A stretch of 58,044 bases of DNA from Dimorphilus gyrociliatus (lineage: Eukaryota; Animalia; Annelida), in NCBI GenBank assembly GCA_904063045.1, contig CAJFCJ010000080.1:1-58044 (forward strand), given 5' to 3'. Every line of letters begins with the position of its first letter. Within the stretch, counting starts at the first letter, position 1. Made by a program: the position numbers and the translations under genes. The notes beneath the pieces are model-generated. The model did not search any database. It had not been told where the DNA came from and was given only the letters and a program-made list of their open reading frames with translations. Shown here one piece after another: positions 45,442 through 58,044 of this stretch.

Positions 45442-46190
45442 TTGTTCTCAACCCTACTTAGAAGTGCTTCAACCCGTGTTGTCCCAATCATCCCACACAC
45501 TCTAAGGAGTATGGGTAATCAATTTTAGAGAAGCTTATTATATTATAAAACTAAGACACTTCAACAGTTGCAGGTAGCAGTAATGCTGAGTATTCATAAG
45601 AGCGTCTCTTCCAAAACTGTTTGTAATGGTATCTTGCATACTATTCTAATAGTCCTATAACTACTGGACAAACATAAAAGTAAATAGAACCAATGGTAAA
45701 AGTACAATTCTAGTAAAGTTTAACTAACAAACAAACAAACAAATTCATACTTGGTATCATCTGACAAATGAAATACTTGACACTTTTTGTTGAGCAAGGA
45801 ACATTTGAGTACTGTATCTCTGGAGCAATTTTCTGTCTGTTAATCCATCTTTCCGCAATAAAAATGCATTTGAAGCAAAAATTTTCCCTTTTTCTGATAG
45901 TACTCTCAGGTGTAATGTTATATATAAGCTCTCTTTGAAAATATTCCGATTCCTATTCAAAACAGAAAATTATTCATTTTTCTTTGAACAAGAGGTAGAG
46001 TAATGGCGAATTATGTTAATGGAAAGGAAAATGTGCATAAATGCATAGTCTCTATAACCAAATAATGAATCCAGCAGGGTTATCATTGTGTAATGTACCA
46101 ACATTTCTGTATAATTGATCAAACAATTCAATAGGACGATTGGTAGGTGTCAATTCATTTACTACTGGTAGTTGTTTACTTTTCAAACTA

Positions 46191-48602
46191 TTAAAACTTT
46201 AAGGTTGAAAAAAAACAAGACAAACCTGAAATTATTTCAATTGGAAAATATTGATATTTCTCTATATATAATCTTGAAAAATACTGCATAATTTCAATTC
46301 TGTACTGCAATAAATCATCCCATGTTGTTAAATTCCTTTTGTTGCAATACTCATTAACAGCCCTTGGGGATTTCAAATTTCCATTGCCAAAGATAGAATA
46401 GCATACATCACCAATAATTATTGCATCATCTTCTGTGCAATCTGAACATTTACATGAAAGATTTTTGAAAACAATGGTTTTTATTGAAGTAAAAAAACCT
46501 TGAATATTCTCATTTGAACATTTAATTGCAAACATACTTTCAACATTATTTTGTATGAATCTATTTTTTGAACAGAAAATGAATTGTAATAAAAAGAGAA
46601 TTTTTATTTGACAGAAAACATCTGCAAAATTGTGCTTTTACCCTAAACCTAATCCAACCCTTGTTCTTTGACCAACTCCTTCTTGATTACTAATAGCTCT
46701 CACATAGGACAAACAAACAACCCTCTAACCAGTTTTCAACTCAAAATCTCGATTGAGCGTGTTTTCTGTCAACCCCTACATATTGAAAATACTAGTTTAG
46801 TAACTCACACAACAAATTCTGTTCTACACTGCGTCAACAGAGAATAACTCTTTCTACATTGTAAACCAGTCATTCTCATGTCTACTGGTCTTTTCATTGG
46901 TATAAGTGTACCATGAGGAAATCCAAAATGTTGACAAATAAGTTGAACTTGAAAACTTTTCATAGATATCGATGAAATTTGAAGCCAAATTTCATGAAAT
47001 CTCATTTCTAAATCTTTAATAATGACATCATTTGTGTCCATTTTTGGACTTTTTGCATAAACAATTTCATCTTTATTGGTAACAAATCGAAAATCTTGAA
47101 CGTCTATAATTGGAAGAGAAAATTAGGGAAAAGAAATAAATTATAGAGGAGAGGGAGATGATGATAGATGAACAGAGTTAAGTTGTAGATAGAAGAAGCT
47201 CTTTCTATTCTAATAGTAAAGACTGATTAGTGAAAATAGAAACTAGTACCAAAAACATTAAAGTATCTAGATATGTATTTTGGTGATAATTACCATGCAA
47301 TACCTCATTGTATGTACAAATAAATGTCAAATTGAAATATTTTATTCCAGTTGCATAAAAATTAACTGCAAAACAATCAAAAACATCATTGTTTTCTCAA
47401 GTTTTGCAGTATAATTTTACTGATTTTGAGGAAAATGTTGCATAAGCACAAAATGGATAAGTAGAATTTTGGCAATTAAATCTTTCTTCTTTCAAACAAT
47501 CAGTGTTGTTCTTTATTTCATTAATTGAGATTTTATTATAAATGACATGTTTAGTGTATTTTGAACATGTATAATCAAGAATTATTTGCCATTCAATACT
47601 TTTAGCATTTAAAGAGTATGCTAAAATATTCAAGTGAGCTGAAACATATGATATCTGTTCAATTTTCTCAGTGTCTTTTCTTTTCATATAGGCAACAAAG
47701 TCAAATTGTTTAAAAAGATCTAAAGTAAAATTTAAATAGAGAAACTCTGTTGTTTTAATTTAAACAAACTTTTATTTTCTAAAAAGTAGTCAACAATTTC
47801 ACATTTTATTACAGTTTTATTTCTTCTTTTTCCAATAGGCATAATCTTGTAGCGTGGAGACATACTATCAATATATAACTTTTCATCATTTAGCAAAATT
47901 TCTCCATTTAACAACAACACACTCCATTCACAAAAGTTTTTTTTAAAACTTTTCATAATTCTATAATTGATTTTGTCTCTTCTAAAAACTGGGGTGAAAT
48001 TAGTTTGATTTGCAACAGCAAATATATCTAGAGAGGGCAAATGATTAATTATTAATTTATTAAATATCAAATCAAGTAAATTCAACTCAACAATCTCCTA
48101 TTTTCAAGCATTTAATGCATAAGAATGTTTTTGGAATTTTGACATTTAACTGCTCAAAATCCTTCAGAATATATTTTCCATTATAGTTTACATATGCTTT
48201 TTCATCTGGTGTGTTGTTGGACAAATTTAAAATTAATGGTTTAGTGACTGTGCAGTACAGGTTTTTTTTTAGGACAAAGAGAAAGTGTATATCCAAACTA
48301 AGGGTTACAATTCTCTGCTATCCTTTAAAGCTGTGCATATTATGAATTTTCTTACCATGTTTGTCATCCAAACAAGTTGCCATTTCAGAATACAAGTCAT
48401 TGTAGCCATTTATTTGACATAGATATGTTAAATTATAGTTACTGCAGCCATCTAAGAGTATTGGATAATACTTTTGTGATTGATTATGAAAAATTAATGC
48501 TATGTTTATATGAAAAAAGTCTATTTCCTTTAAAACTTTTAGTGTTATTTGAAATGAGAGACAGAAGCCTACAAGTGTAGACAATGAGTAGGCCAAAAAC
48601 AT
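46191..48602 (-). CDS. Probable multi-exon extracellular protein with diverged CTLD-like and SRCR-like modules (structure unresolved)
   Basis: Series of co-oriented Cys-containing ORFs; signal-like MFLAYSLSTLVGFCLS, VQLICQHFGF, IGDVCYSIFG...VNEYC. Confidence 0.4.
46608..46776. mobile_element. MULE-type MITE
   Basis: TIR core TTGACAGAAAACA / TGTTTTCTGTCAA; interior similar to 33116-33319; no TSD seen. Confidence 0.6.
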
Positions 48603-48879
48603 TGAGTTTTACTGAATGCTCAAAATACAAATGCTAAAAGAGAGGGAAAGAGAGAGGCAGAGGCAGATAGATAGATGATAAGCAGAAAGATGATACATTT
48701 AATTAAAACGAGATTTCAAAGAAAAGCAGTATTTTCATTGTTCATTTTTTTCAGTAAAATCAAGTGATACATCTGGATCTTCCCATTGAAAATTTAATGA
48801 GATAACACCACATCATTTAACAGCAAACAATGATTTGGTGAATTTCTTCTTCTGAATCCTCATTCAACAGCAGAAATCA

Positions 48880-49200
48880 TTCAATATTAAAATGGTATGT
48901 TCATTTTCCATTGCATAGTATCATAATAAGTAGAACTTTTAATATGGTATATTTTTAATAAAATCTGAAGAAGAGAAATCTTCAATCTCTCTGTAGGTGT
49001 AGGTTAGTAGACCCTGATGAGCCCTTGGTATTGAACACAGAGAGGAGGGCAAAAATATGTATAAATTCAAATTTTTTGTGTTTCTGATGGAAAATGTTGA
49101 TTTTTGTGTATCATTTCTGCTTCCTAAAAATGATTGGATTCTTAAAGTGTGAGAATTCTGTTTCTCTTGCTTTGACAAAGTCATACAAAAAATCCTAACC
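48880..49200 (+). repeat. Diverged copy of pLTR family X with a degenerate hammerhead (49010-49054)
   Basis: GACC-CTGATGA-GCCCT(loop)AGGGC-AAAA; flanks match 6880-7260; ends in AATCCTAACC. Confidence 0.75.
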
Positions 49201-49379
49201 AATTGATATGCCAATCTGTGATAGAACAGTGGGGTTTATATACTATGAAATTTGCCTCTAATAATCAATCATCACCTTGCAATTGTGAACTATCTACTTC
49301 ATATTTATATTATGTTACAAGGTCCAATATTATATATCAGTCAATTAATCAATCAATTTCAAAGATATAAGTTTTCAGA

Positions 49380-50829
49380 TAAGTTATCTGCAATGAATGT
49401 TTAAAAGTATATAAAGATACGTGTGTGTTTAAAAACTTGTTTAAAAGACTTGAGCAAAAAGAAATTTTCTATGGGCTGTGGAACATCAAGTGTTGAACCT
49501 TGCAAACATGTATACTGTTTGCAATGTTGCCAACTATTGTCTGGAGATGAGCATAATATAGCTTGTAATCTATGTGGAGAAAAATACAAATTAACTGAAG
49601 ATCAAGTCTTGAATGTTAAATTTAGTATTGGCGATGAAACTCTTGAGAAAATATCATTTATTGATAAATTGTGTAAAGATCATAATGCCAATTCATCAAC
49701 TATTGTAACATTTGACATTCAATTTACAAGTCAAAATTTTCTTACTTTATGTGAAAAGTTAAAAAATACTTCAGTCCTATTGTCTGGTATAACATTTAAA
49801 CTTTGCCAAATAGATGAGAATTCTTGGAGAATAATTGGAAAATCATTGAAAAAATTTTCTTCAATAGAGAAGCTAGATTTTAGTAATAATGTTGGACAGG
49901 CAAGTGGATTAACAATTATTTTGAATAGTCTTATTCCATCAAATACTTTAAAATATTTGAATTTATCAAATTGTCAGTATAGTGAAAATGAATGGGTAGA
50001 TATTGGAAATATATTGCAAAAATTTTCTGAATTGGAGATTGTAGATTTGAGTCAAAATAAAGGAATTGGTAATAGGGGAGTTTATAGTATTTATCAATTC
50101 TTAGCAAGATCATCAACAACTTTAAGAGCCTTAAGTTTAAGTCAATGTAACATTGTAATTGTTAGCCAATGGTTGTTCATTATCACACTACTAGGGCAAT
50201 TACAGTGTTTAGAAGAAATTAATTTGAGTGGTAATTTTTTAACACGTGAAATACTGAAATCAATATGTCAAGGACTAAAATTATCTTCAAACAGTTTAAC
50301 AACACTCACTTTTGCACATTGTGGTTTTTCTTCCGAGGCATGTAAAGAGTTGGGAAATTTTCTAATGAATTTATCAAAAGTACAACAGGTCACTTTAAGT
50401 GGTAATAATGAAATGGGAGATGAATTAGCATCAATCTGCAATGGGCTTGCTCAATCGTCAAATACAATTAAAAGGTTAGCTTTTGCTGATTGTAATCTAA
50501 CTAAAGAGCAGTGTAATTACATTTCATATCTTTTGAAAAAATGCCATAAAATTGAATTCATTAATTTGTCTTTCAATACAAAAATGGGTGATGGAGTTAA
50601 GAGTATTTGTGATGGATTAGAAGTATCAAACAATACTCTACAAGCAGTTTCATGTTATGGATGTTACTTGACCGACAGTCAAATAAGAAATCTCATCTTT
50701 TTATTGGCAGTTTGTCCTGATTTGATGAAACTGGATGTAAGAAATAGTGGTGATATCAATGATCCATCAGTAATCTTAACAACAATTCTAGCCAAGAGGC
50801 AGCTATTCAATAATTTGAATAAGAATTAA
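49380..50829 (+). CDS. RING-finger + ribonuclease-inhibitor-like LRR protein (5' exon structure uncertain)
   Basis: ICNEC (upstream frame)...PCKHVYCLQC...CNLC RING pattern, followed by roughly 28/29-aa L..LDLS.N / L.LS.C repeats in ORF 49423-50829. Confidence 0.75.
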
Positions 50830-51493
50830 TAACAAATTGACATCCATTGATTTATTAAATTTAATCCAAAACTTGTTGAGAATGTACCAGTCAATTTAAA
50901 TTACATAATATGGAAATACAATCTATTAGTTAAAGATTAATTAGAATTCTTAGTGAACAATTTTTCGACAGGTTTTCTTAAAGAGGAAGAAGAAAGATTT
51001 CATTTAACAGAAGAGACAAGGCAAAGATAATTTGTGTTTTGATAGATAAATTTGTTGTAAATACTTACTAGATATGAATACAGGAAGTGAAAATATGAAA
51101 AAATAAAAGACAGAAATTTAAGGAGTACCATCTATCCTCCACCACTCTTCAGTCCTTTTCTCTCTCTTTCTCTTTCTCTATGATAAACTTTTATATGCAC
51201 TTGTTGATCAAAATATGACTTGTTTTTAAATTCAACCCATGTGAATAAAGATTTTACAGATGAAATTAAATGACGTTTTCCATGACAGCCAATTAAAAGA
51301 TAAAAGAAAGTATATCTTTATCAAAATTTTATCAATCAATTACAAAGATAACTTAATCTTCAGATTATCCTTTTTAATCTATCAAAGTGTAGGCAATGAC
51401 TCTGCCAATTTAACAATGCGTGTGAAAATGTCAATGATAAATTCTATGTTGAATGTTTGCAAAAGATGAAAATTGGATAATGCACTCTAAGTT

Positions 51494-52602
51494 TGTACAC
51501 ATACATTCGTCAGCTATATTCTACAATAGAGAAGTAGTATTGAACCATATTGTACTATGCAGATAGCACTGATAAGGATAAGCAGTAGTGACCTAGTTTC
51601 GCATAGGGCAGTGCATACACATTATGCAGTAATAAAACCTATTGAATTATATAAAGAATATTTGCTATTTGCAACGTAGCATTAATATTACAATTTATTA
51701 ATCCATAAATTTATGATTTCGAACTAAAACTAGTTCAATTAATTATCAATTATGCTTAAATTCTAAGTTTAGATTATATTCACTATTCAACAGTATTGTA
51801 TACACAATACTGTTCTTTTTAACATGCATTAATCAGATATACTTCCTCCTTATATGCTGATGCTAAATTTACTAACTCAATCAATTGAATATCATTATTA
51901 AGGTAGAATATAAAAACGGGTTCAAATATACAATCTACATGTTTTCTTGATTGTTGGACTTGTCCTACTAAAATTGTTACATCTTATGCAACTCTCCAAC
52001 CTTCGAAATTCAACTATTATTTAGAAGAGGAAAACAATAAAAACATGACCATATTTAGAACTTTTTCTTTGTCTTCAAATGTTACTTTTGTTTTTGTCAA
52101 CATTGAAATTTGTGAAACTATCAACCCTTAAAAGAGTATATAAACCCTACGAAATTAACAGTTGATAGTTCAGTTTTCTAACCGTCAGCTAGTTGTTTAA
52201 ACTAGCTTGTTTAGAACTAGAAGCTCATTTTACTCAATACATATTCTTTGGACGAAATACTGGTGTTTTGTTAATCAATTTCTACCGAAATTGCCTTTGT
52301 TAGACTATTTGTGGACGAACTTTAAAGGTTCTATTTGGACCAGTACTTTGGCAAGTTGGTAAATGATTTGAAAGGACGATTACAGTTGTGACNGCTCATT
52401 TTACTCAATACATATTCTTTGGACGAAATACTGGTGTTTTGTTAATCAATTTCTACCGAAATTGCCTTTGTTAGACTATTTGTGGACGAACTTTAAAGGT
52501 TCTATTTGGACCAGTACTTTGGCAAGTTGGTAAATGATTGGAAAGGACGATTACAGTTGTGACGAACCAGAAATTCCTACAATTACAATACAACAAAGTA
52601 CA
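51494..52602 (+). mobile_element. Solo LTR (family E) with an internal 171-bp tandem duplication (52223-52564)
   Basis: TGTACAC...AAAGTACA termini; no TSD seen. Confidence 0.8.
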
Positions 52603-52699
52603 CTGTTGTTAAATAAAATGGTTTGGTAGACTGAAAATAGTGAGGATTTTTATACTTGATCCAATTATCAATTTACAGTCATTGAACTGTCTAGTTGTC

Positions 52700-52990
52700 T
52701 ATGTCAATAATTTTGGTCATTTGTTTAGTTTCAAAGGTACATACTGCTTTATCTGCTAAATCAAAAGATTGGTTTACTTGTAGTCCTTGACAAAACTCTA
52801 CTGACAGTAGCATTCTTACAGTTATGTTTGATTTTTTATGGATACACTTGCTTGGACCAAGTTTAAACAGCATATTGCTAGCAGTGTATAAATTATTGAT
52901 CCTCTGATAGGTAGTGTTCCACCATTTGTTTGTTGTTTCCTTACTGTCACTGTGTTAACTGTTATAGGTTTATTCTTTTTTTAGGTTCTA
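52700..52990 (-). pseudogene. env: Fragment of the integrase-env junction
   Basis: TLPIRGSIIYTLLAICCLNLVQASVSI...SNITVRM...QSFDLADKAVCTFETKQMTKI matches 23670-23880. Confidence 0.8.
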
Positions 52991-53204
52991 GAACTCGGGT
53001 ACATTTGCACCCAGGTATGTTCACACCCAACCCCAAAAATGCTATTTTTCTTTCCTTTCTTTGAAGTATGGTTAGGGTTTAGGGTTACAGAGTGGTTTGT
53101 TTTTAGTTCAGTATGCCATGTTGTAAATATATGCCTAGCTAATAATTTACTTTTCCATTTGCTGGCATTTGCAACCTGAGATATTGGAAAAAGAAAATTT
53201 AGAG

Positions 53205-53310
53205 TTTTTTTTTACTTAAGCAAGTAACAATATGAGAATTCAATAGCTGAGTAGATAGCTTGTAATAGCAGGTTGTCAAATTACCAAACTGTCTTCCAAT
53301 GTTGAGGAGT
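53205..53310 (-). mobile_element. LTR family B fragment
   Basis: TACTTAAGCAAGTAACAATATGAGA.TTCAATAGC matches 41685-41780. Confidence 0.65.
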
Positions 53311-54157
53311 AGAGGGCTGGCTCCAGTGAAGGTTGTTTCCAGAGGATCCTTTTAAGTGCTTAGTTCCAGATAGGAATAAATAGGATGCTATAAGATTCAA
53401 CATTTAAGGACATTTAATGTGTTAAATATTTATTGGAGATATTGCTAACTGATAATGACAAATTACAGAGGACAAAGTGTACAAAAACAGATATACTTTA
53501 ACTAATTCAATCTAAAAGATTATCTAGACTGAATATAGATTGTTAAAGAGAGCAGAGAGCAGCCATGTAAGTGAACATCATAAATCTTTCTCATATTCGA
53601 TGTCAAATGTATGGAAAGTGAGACTCTTTAAATAATTTCTGTTTCACATTTTATTTATTACTTTTCAAATAGGGAAATATTGCACTCAATGCAAAGAAAT
53701 AAACAATAAAGAAGTTATTATACAACTGAATAGATACAATTTCAAAAATCTCAGCAGAGCATGAATTGAATGAAAGTAGTGTGATGCAAACAATCATGAA
53801 ACCATCACAAATTGCACATCAAGAAAAAAAAAACAAGAAATTAAAAAAATCAATGTTTTTCCTTGTCTTTTTTACATTCGTAGATTATTAATAAAATAAT
53901 TTTTACAAATATGAATGAATCAATATTTATATTTATTTTTCATCTCTAGCAAATTTAAGCCTATCAGATGACGCACATCTAGCTAAATGACATTTGATTA
54001 ATAATTTTCTAAGAAATACTCCAAGTGAAGTAATATCTTGGTTTTGATTGTCCATATTCTTCACAACACTATTGCATATTGATAAATAATATTTCCATTT
54101 TTGTGAGTCTAAAATCTAAAATTTAAAAATTTTATTATTCATCAGTACTACACTTTT

Positions 54158-54358
54158 GGGTCTGGGAGAAAATGGCCCATTATTTGGTGTTTAACCCTAA
54201 CCCAACAGTTAACAACACCCTTTCCACTTTATGCTTCCTAACCTTCAGGTCAGCCCTACATGAACTGAAAAATATGAAAATGCAAATTTTCCTAACCCTA
54301 GAAATGTTTAAAAACTTACCCTAAACTCCAGCCAACTGGGCCGTTTTCTCCCAACCCC
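54158..54358. mobile_element. MULE-type MITE with 22-bp TIRs and 9-bp TSD
   Basis: GGGTCTGGGAGAAAATGGCCCA / TGGGCCGTTTTCTCCCAACCCC; flanks TACACTTTT / TACACTTTC. Confidence 0.8.
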
Positions 54359-54382
54359 TACACTTTCTATCTAAACTGATAA

Positions 54383-57300
54383 TTAATTGTAAAAATTTAC
54401 TTCAACAGATACACATTGCAATCCAATTTTTCCATCAAGAGATATATTCCTCTGATGTAAAAAGTCAATTGCTATTGTTACAGATTTCAAACACTTGAAA
54501 TAATTTAAATTTTGGAATAAATCTTTCTCAAAGGTTAATTTCTTAATTTGAGTACTATGAGTAATACATGACAGAAAATGTTGATTATGTTTTCCTAATA
54601 GCTCAGCAGCTATAAGAAATATAAAATTATATTGCATCTGTACTTGAAATTTTTTTGAAAGGTTTTTTTTACCTAATTCCATGATCTCTTTAGAAATTTC
54701 ATGCCTAAGTTGAGTTTCCTTTTCCTGTTTTCTTAACTTTTTATGTAGCATTAAAGCTTTCCATTCATTGATGGATAAACAAAATGGAATTATAAAGAAT
54801 ATTAAAAAAATCTTGATAGATATTAACAAACAATTAACAAAGTATCCAAAATTAATTAAAGAGAATCTTGTAACTAAAACTAACAGCAAAGCAAATTATT
54901 TGAAATCAGAAAACTACTTTACTTCTATTACCAGTTATTGTAAATGGAATCCAATATATTGCATTTAAAAGTATACCAATTAAAACTGGTATTGAAAGTT
55001 TTAGCCTACTCGAGTTTGAAATATCTGTTTTAAATTTGAAATATGAATTGATAATTTTGTGAAAAATGCAAATATAAATTGAAAATGTAGATATATTTTC
55101 AATGAACAATATTATTCCGTAATTCAAATAAACAAAATACCAATCATTTGTATTGTAATTGTTAAGAATATTATTCATACAAATTGCAGATTTTGAGTAG
55201 AAATTCTTTGAAGAAAGAAAGTGGAATTCAGACATTCAACTCGATCAAAATTTTAATTAATTTTAATTATTGGATAAAATAAAACTGGTAGCATTGAGCA
55301 GGTAATTGAAAATATGTAATTCAGTAGCTGTATATATATAGAATTGATCTAGTTTTTAATATTTTTTTCATTGGCATAAAAACAATAAAAAAATGATCCA
55401 AGCCAACTATCAATGTATTTCCGCATATAAACAAAATTGAAAATGTCATAAATAGGCCTATAGCTGAACATAATAGGCTTTTTCTCCAAATATTGTAATG
55501 TTTAAAAAATTGATTTTAAAAAATAAAATTTTTATAAACAAGAACTGAAAGGCAAATTGCAAAAAGAACACTTTGAAATGAGGAACAATTATTGAAAATT
55601 TGTGAAATTCTTTTAAAATTCAAAATTCGAAATATTAATAGAAAAACGTTTTGTATTGCGCAAAAAATTGCCAAAAATAAAAAAAATCTTGATAGAACTC
55701 TGCTACCGAAGAGATGTTTACATGAAAAACTGCTGGAACTGTTTGGCAGACATTTTACTTTTCTCGTGTTGGACACAGCTTTAAAAAAACAACAAAGAAC
55801 GTAATGTTTACTTGAAATTGCTTTTAAATTTGAAAAATTTTCAAATATCAATACGATATGCTTCCATTTTAAATTTATGTCGTTTATGAATAATTGACTG
55901 ACATTACTCAAGGTTCTTAACACTTCCGTGTGAATTGAATGAATATTTGAATTTGATAGTTTGTAAAAACTGGAGTTTGTAAAGATTTTTAAACATTACC
56001 ATGGTTACAATTGATATATCGGAAGAAGATAAGTCAAGATATATCAAATGGGGAAACAATGAGGAAAAGGAAAACTCTTTTAGATCTTTTAATGGATTTT
56101 TGGATAAATCTAAATATTGCATTAAAATTCCTTTATTTAAATTATCCATTTTCTTTATGTAATTATTTTGTAATGTTAAATTAACTAAATTTGGAAGATA
56201 GAAACTTTTATTAAATTTCAATTCAACTTTCAAATTTGTAATTGACATTTTTAAAATATTGACAGAGAACAATTTTGATTTGAATGAATACTAGTTATTT
56301 ATAGATATAATTTTAAAATATCTATCAAAATTTAATAGTTCAAGGTTAAATGATTGAAAATTTGAATTCAAGTTATTTGAACAATTGATAGTTGCTATTG
56401 AATTGTTACAAATACAGTATGAAGGGCAGTTGGTAAGTTTTGGGCAAAAATTTTCATCATTTTTACTTCTACAATCTAAAATACCATTTCACACTTTTTT
56501 TGTTATTATATACTTATTTTCATGTTTGCATTTGAAATATCCAGCTGGGAAATAATTATCTATAACAGAGAAGGCATTTAAGTGAGAGAAAACAGAGATT
56601 TCAATACCATATCCATCTTCATCATCTCCATACCAACAATGATTTTCTCCATCACAAATTTGCTCAATTGAAATACAGTAAGTAAAATATTTACATTGAT
56701 ACTCCCCTGGGAAGCATTTTGACCTTTTACAATTTTCAAGGTCATTAAATGGGGGGAAAAGTTTATTCTTTAAATTTTTACCACTATCATATGTCAAGTG
56801 ACATTTATAAGAATAAAAATATTTCATATTTTCTAATCTATAATTTTCTTCAAAAAGACTTTGTTCAAAGTTAAAAAAAATGAGATATTTGTTTTGAATT
56901 TCTTGAATTTTTCTTACCTTATGATATTTTTGTAGAAATTATTGCAAATATATAAAGAAGAAAAGTAGTCTGATTCATTTAATTTATTTTCACCACTTTC
57001 TGGTGTTCTGTTCAAAAATTATCTCTCTAGATCTAGCTTTACAACTTTAAAATATTTTCTTACTGTAGACTGTAAATTAGAAAGAAACATTTATCAAATA
57101 CTGTAAGGAATCTATTGATGGAAAAGTTGCGTTTTTCTTATCTTTTAAATTCTTAAAGCACATGAACATGTTTTGAATGTCGGTTTCGTTATAACTTCTT
57201 TTTTTATAATTAGAAAAGAAAAATTCATTTTTTAAATATTCATTAAAATTTGCATAAAAAATTTTACTTGATGTTATGTAAGCAATTGTAAATTATAATT

Positions 57301-57913
57301 GACGCTTTTCGCTTCATTTTCGACGCCATTTTGCCATTTTGTGTAGAATATTCTGTTGAAATTCTATGAAAGCCTAATTAGTGTTACGGTTAGGATAAAT
57401 GCTTAGAAATAATATCTTTACAAGAATTTGACATAATCCATTGTTTGCAGACAATTGATAATTTCATCTCTGTTTCGTAATCAACTTAAAAAAATATGCA
57501 AATATAAAAGCCAGATTTTTTTGCTTACCCAGAATGATTGAATTTTAAAATGCAATTTTTAAGTTGAATTTCAAGAAATCTTCTAAACTCTAAAAGATGT
57601 TTTCGGTAGCCTTTAATGAAATATTCTCTGAAACTGAATTGGATTTTAATTGAAAGATTTTTTTTGAATGTTTCAAATATTTCAACCTGTATTTCGAATT
57701 CATTGATTTTCCATCACACTCATTAAGATCATCTACAAAATAACACCTGTCCTTACATAAATGATAATATTGGTGTGACAATTTCAATTGTTCATTTAAA
57801 AATATTGAACAGTCAATTGGCAAATGTTTCAAATTCAAAACTTGCTGACATTTATTGTATTTGCAAATAAGATAGCTTCTTCTATGATTGTTTATTAAAT
57901 ATTTAAAATACAA
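54383..57913 (-). CDS. Multi-exon GRL101/RXFP-like GPCR (LDLa repeats, LRRs, 7TM)
   Basis: LDLa (CFPGEYQCKYFTYCISIEQICDGENHCWYGDDE), LRRs (LQYLDLSKNPL, LIYLDLSSSDI), CKHLFGS.V...FL..LAI..N, ILLNAIYWIPF and TM7 segments in the expected order. Confidence 0.75.
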
Positions 57914-58044
57914 TAACTGATGATAGAAAGTATTCAGTACTCATTCTTCTCATTTGACTCATTTTCTATGGAGAAGATCAAGGAAGAAGAGAGAGAATTT
58001 TTTAAGTTTATTAATTTTCTTTAAATTTAAACTACCGCAAAACA

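Noticed and set aside
53071-53088. GGTTAGGGTTTAGGGTTA tract near the env fragment
   Set aside because: Neither flank could be assigned, so it cannot be called a breakpoint filler or a MITE interior.

Overview
Very AT-rich animal DNA with short introns (about 45-90 nt) and TTAGGG-type repeats. The host genes (GRL101-like GPCRs, a multi-CTLD receptor) suggest a compact invertebrate, probably lophotrochozoan, genome; the taxon is an inference. Most of the window is nested, rearranged transposon DNA. (1) Penelope-like elements (PLEs): a 5'-truncated RT + GIY-YIG copy (11.1-13.9 kb) and a two-ORF 5' half (42.2-44.0 kb). With them are eight hammerhead-ribozyme motifs (four with intact cores) and ribozyme-bearing repeats ending in CCCTAA tails. 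(2) Several Ty3/Gypsy LTR elements, solo LTRs and fragments carrying a class III (herpes gB / chuvirus G-like) envelope ORF, fused in frame to integrase in one copy. (3) MULE remnants and MITEs with 9-bp TSDs. Host-type genes: PAN/Apple fragment, a small secreted Cys-rich prepropeptide, a five-CTLD membrane receptor, a RING-LRR protein and GRL101-like LDLa-LRR-7TM receptors. The best candidate for an undescribed system is 3.1-13.9 kb. It is a chain of hammerhead + CCCTAA-tailed modules carrying two paralogous SGNH/GDSL-like cargo ORFs, joined through a telomere-like tract to an endonuclease-positive PLE, an architecture resembling bdelloid Terminons. Short telomere-like tracts also sit at many rearrangement breakpoints across the window. 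All domain calls are by eye; no searches were run.
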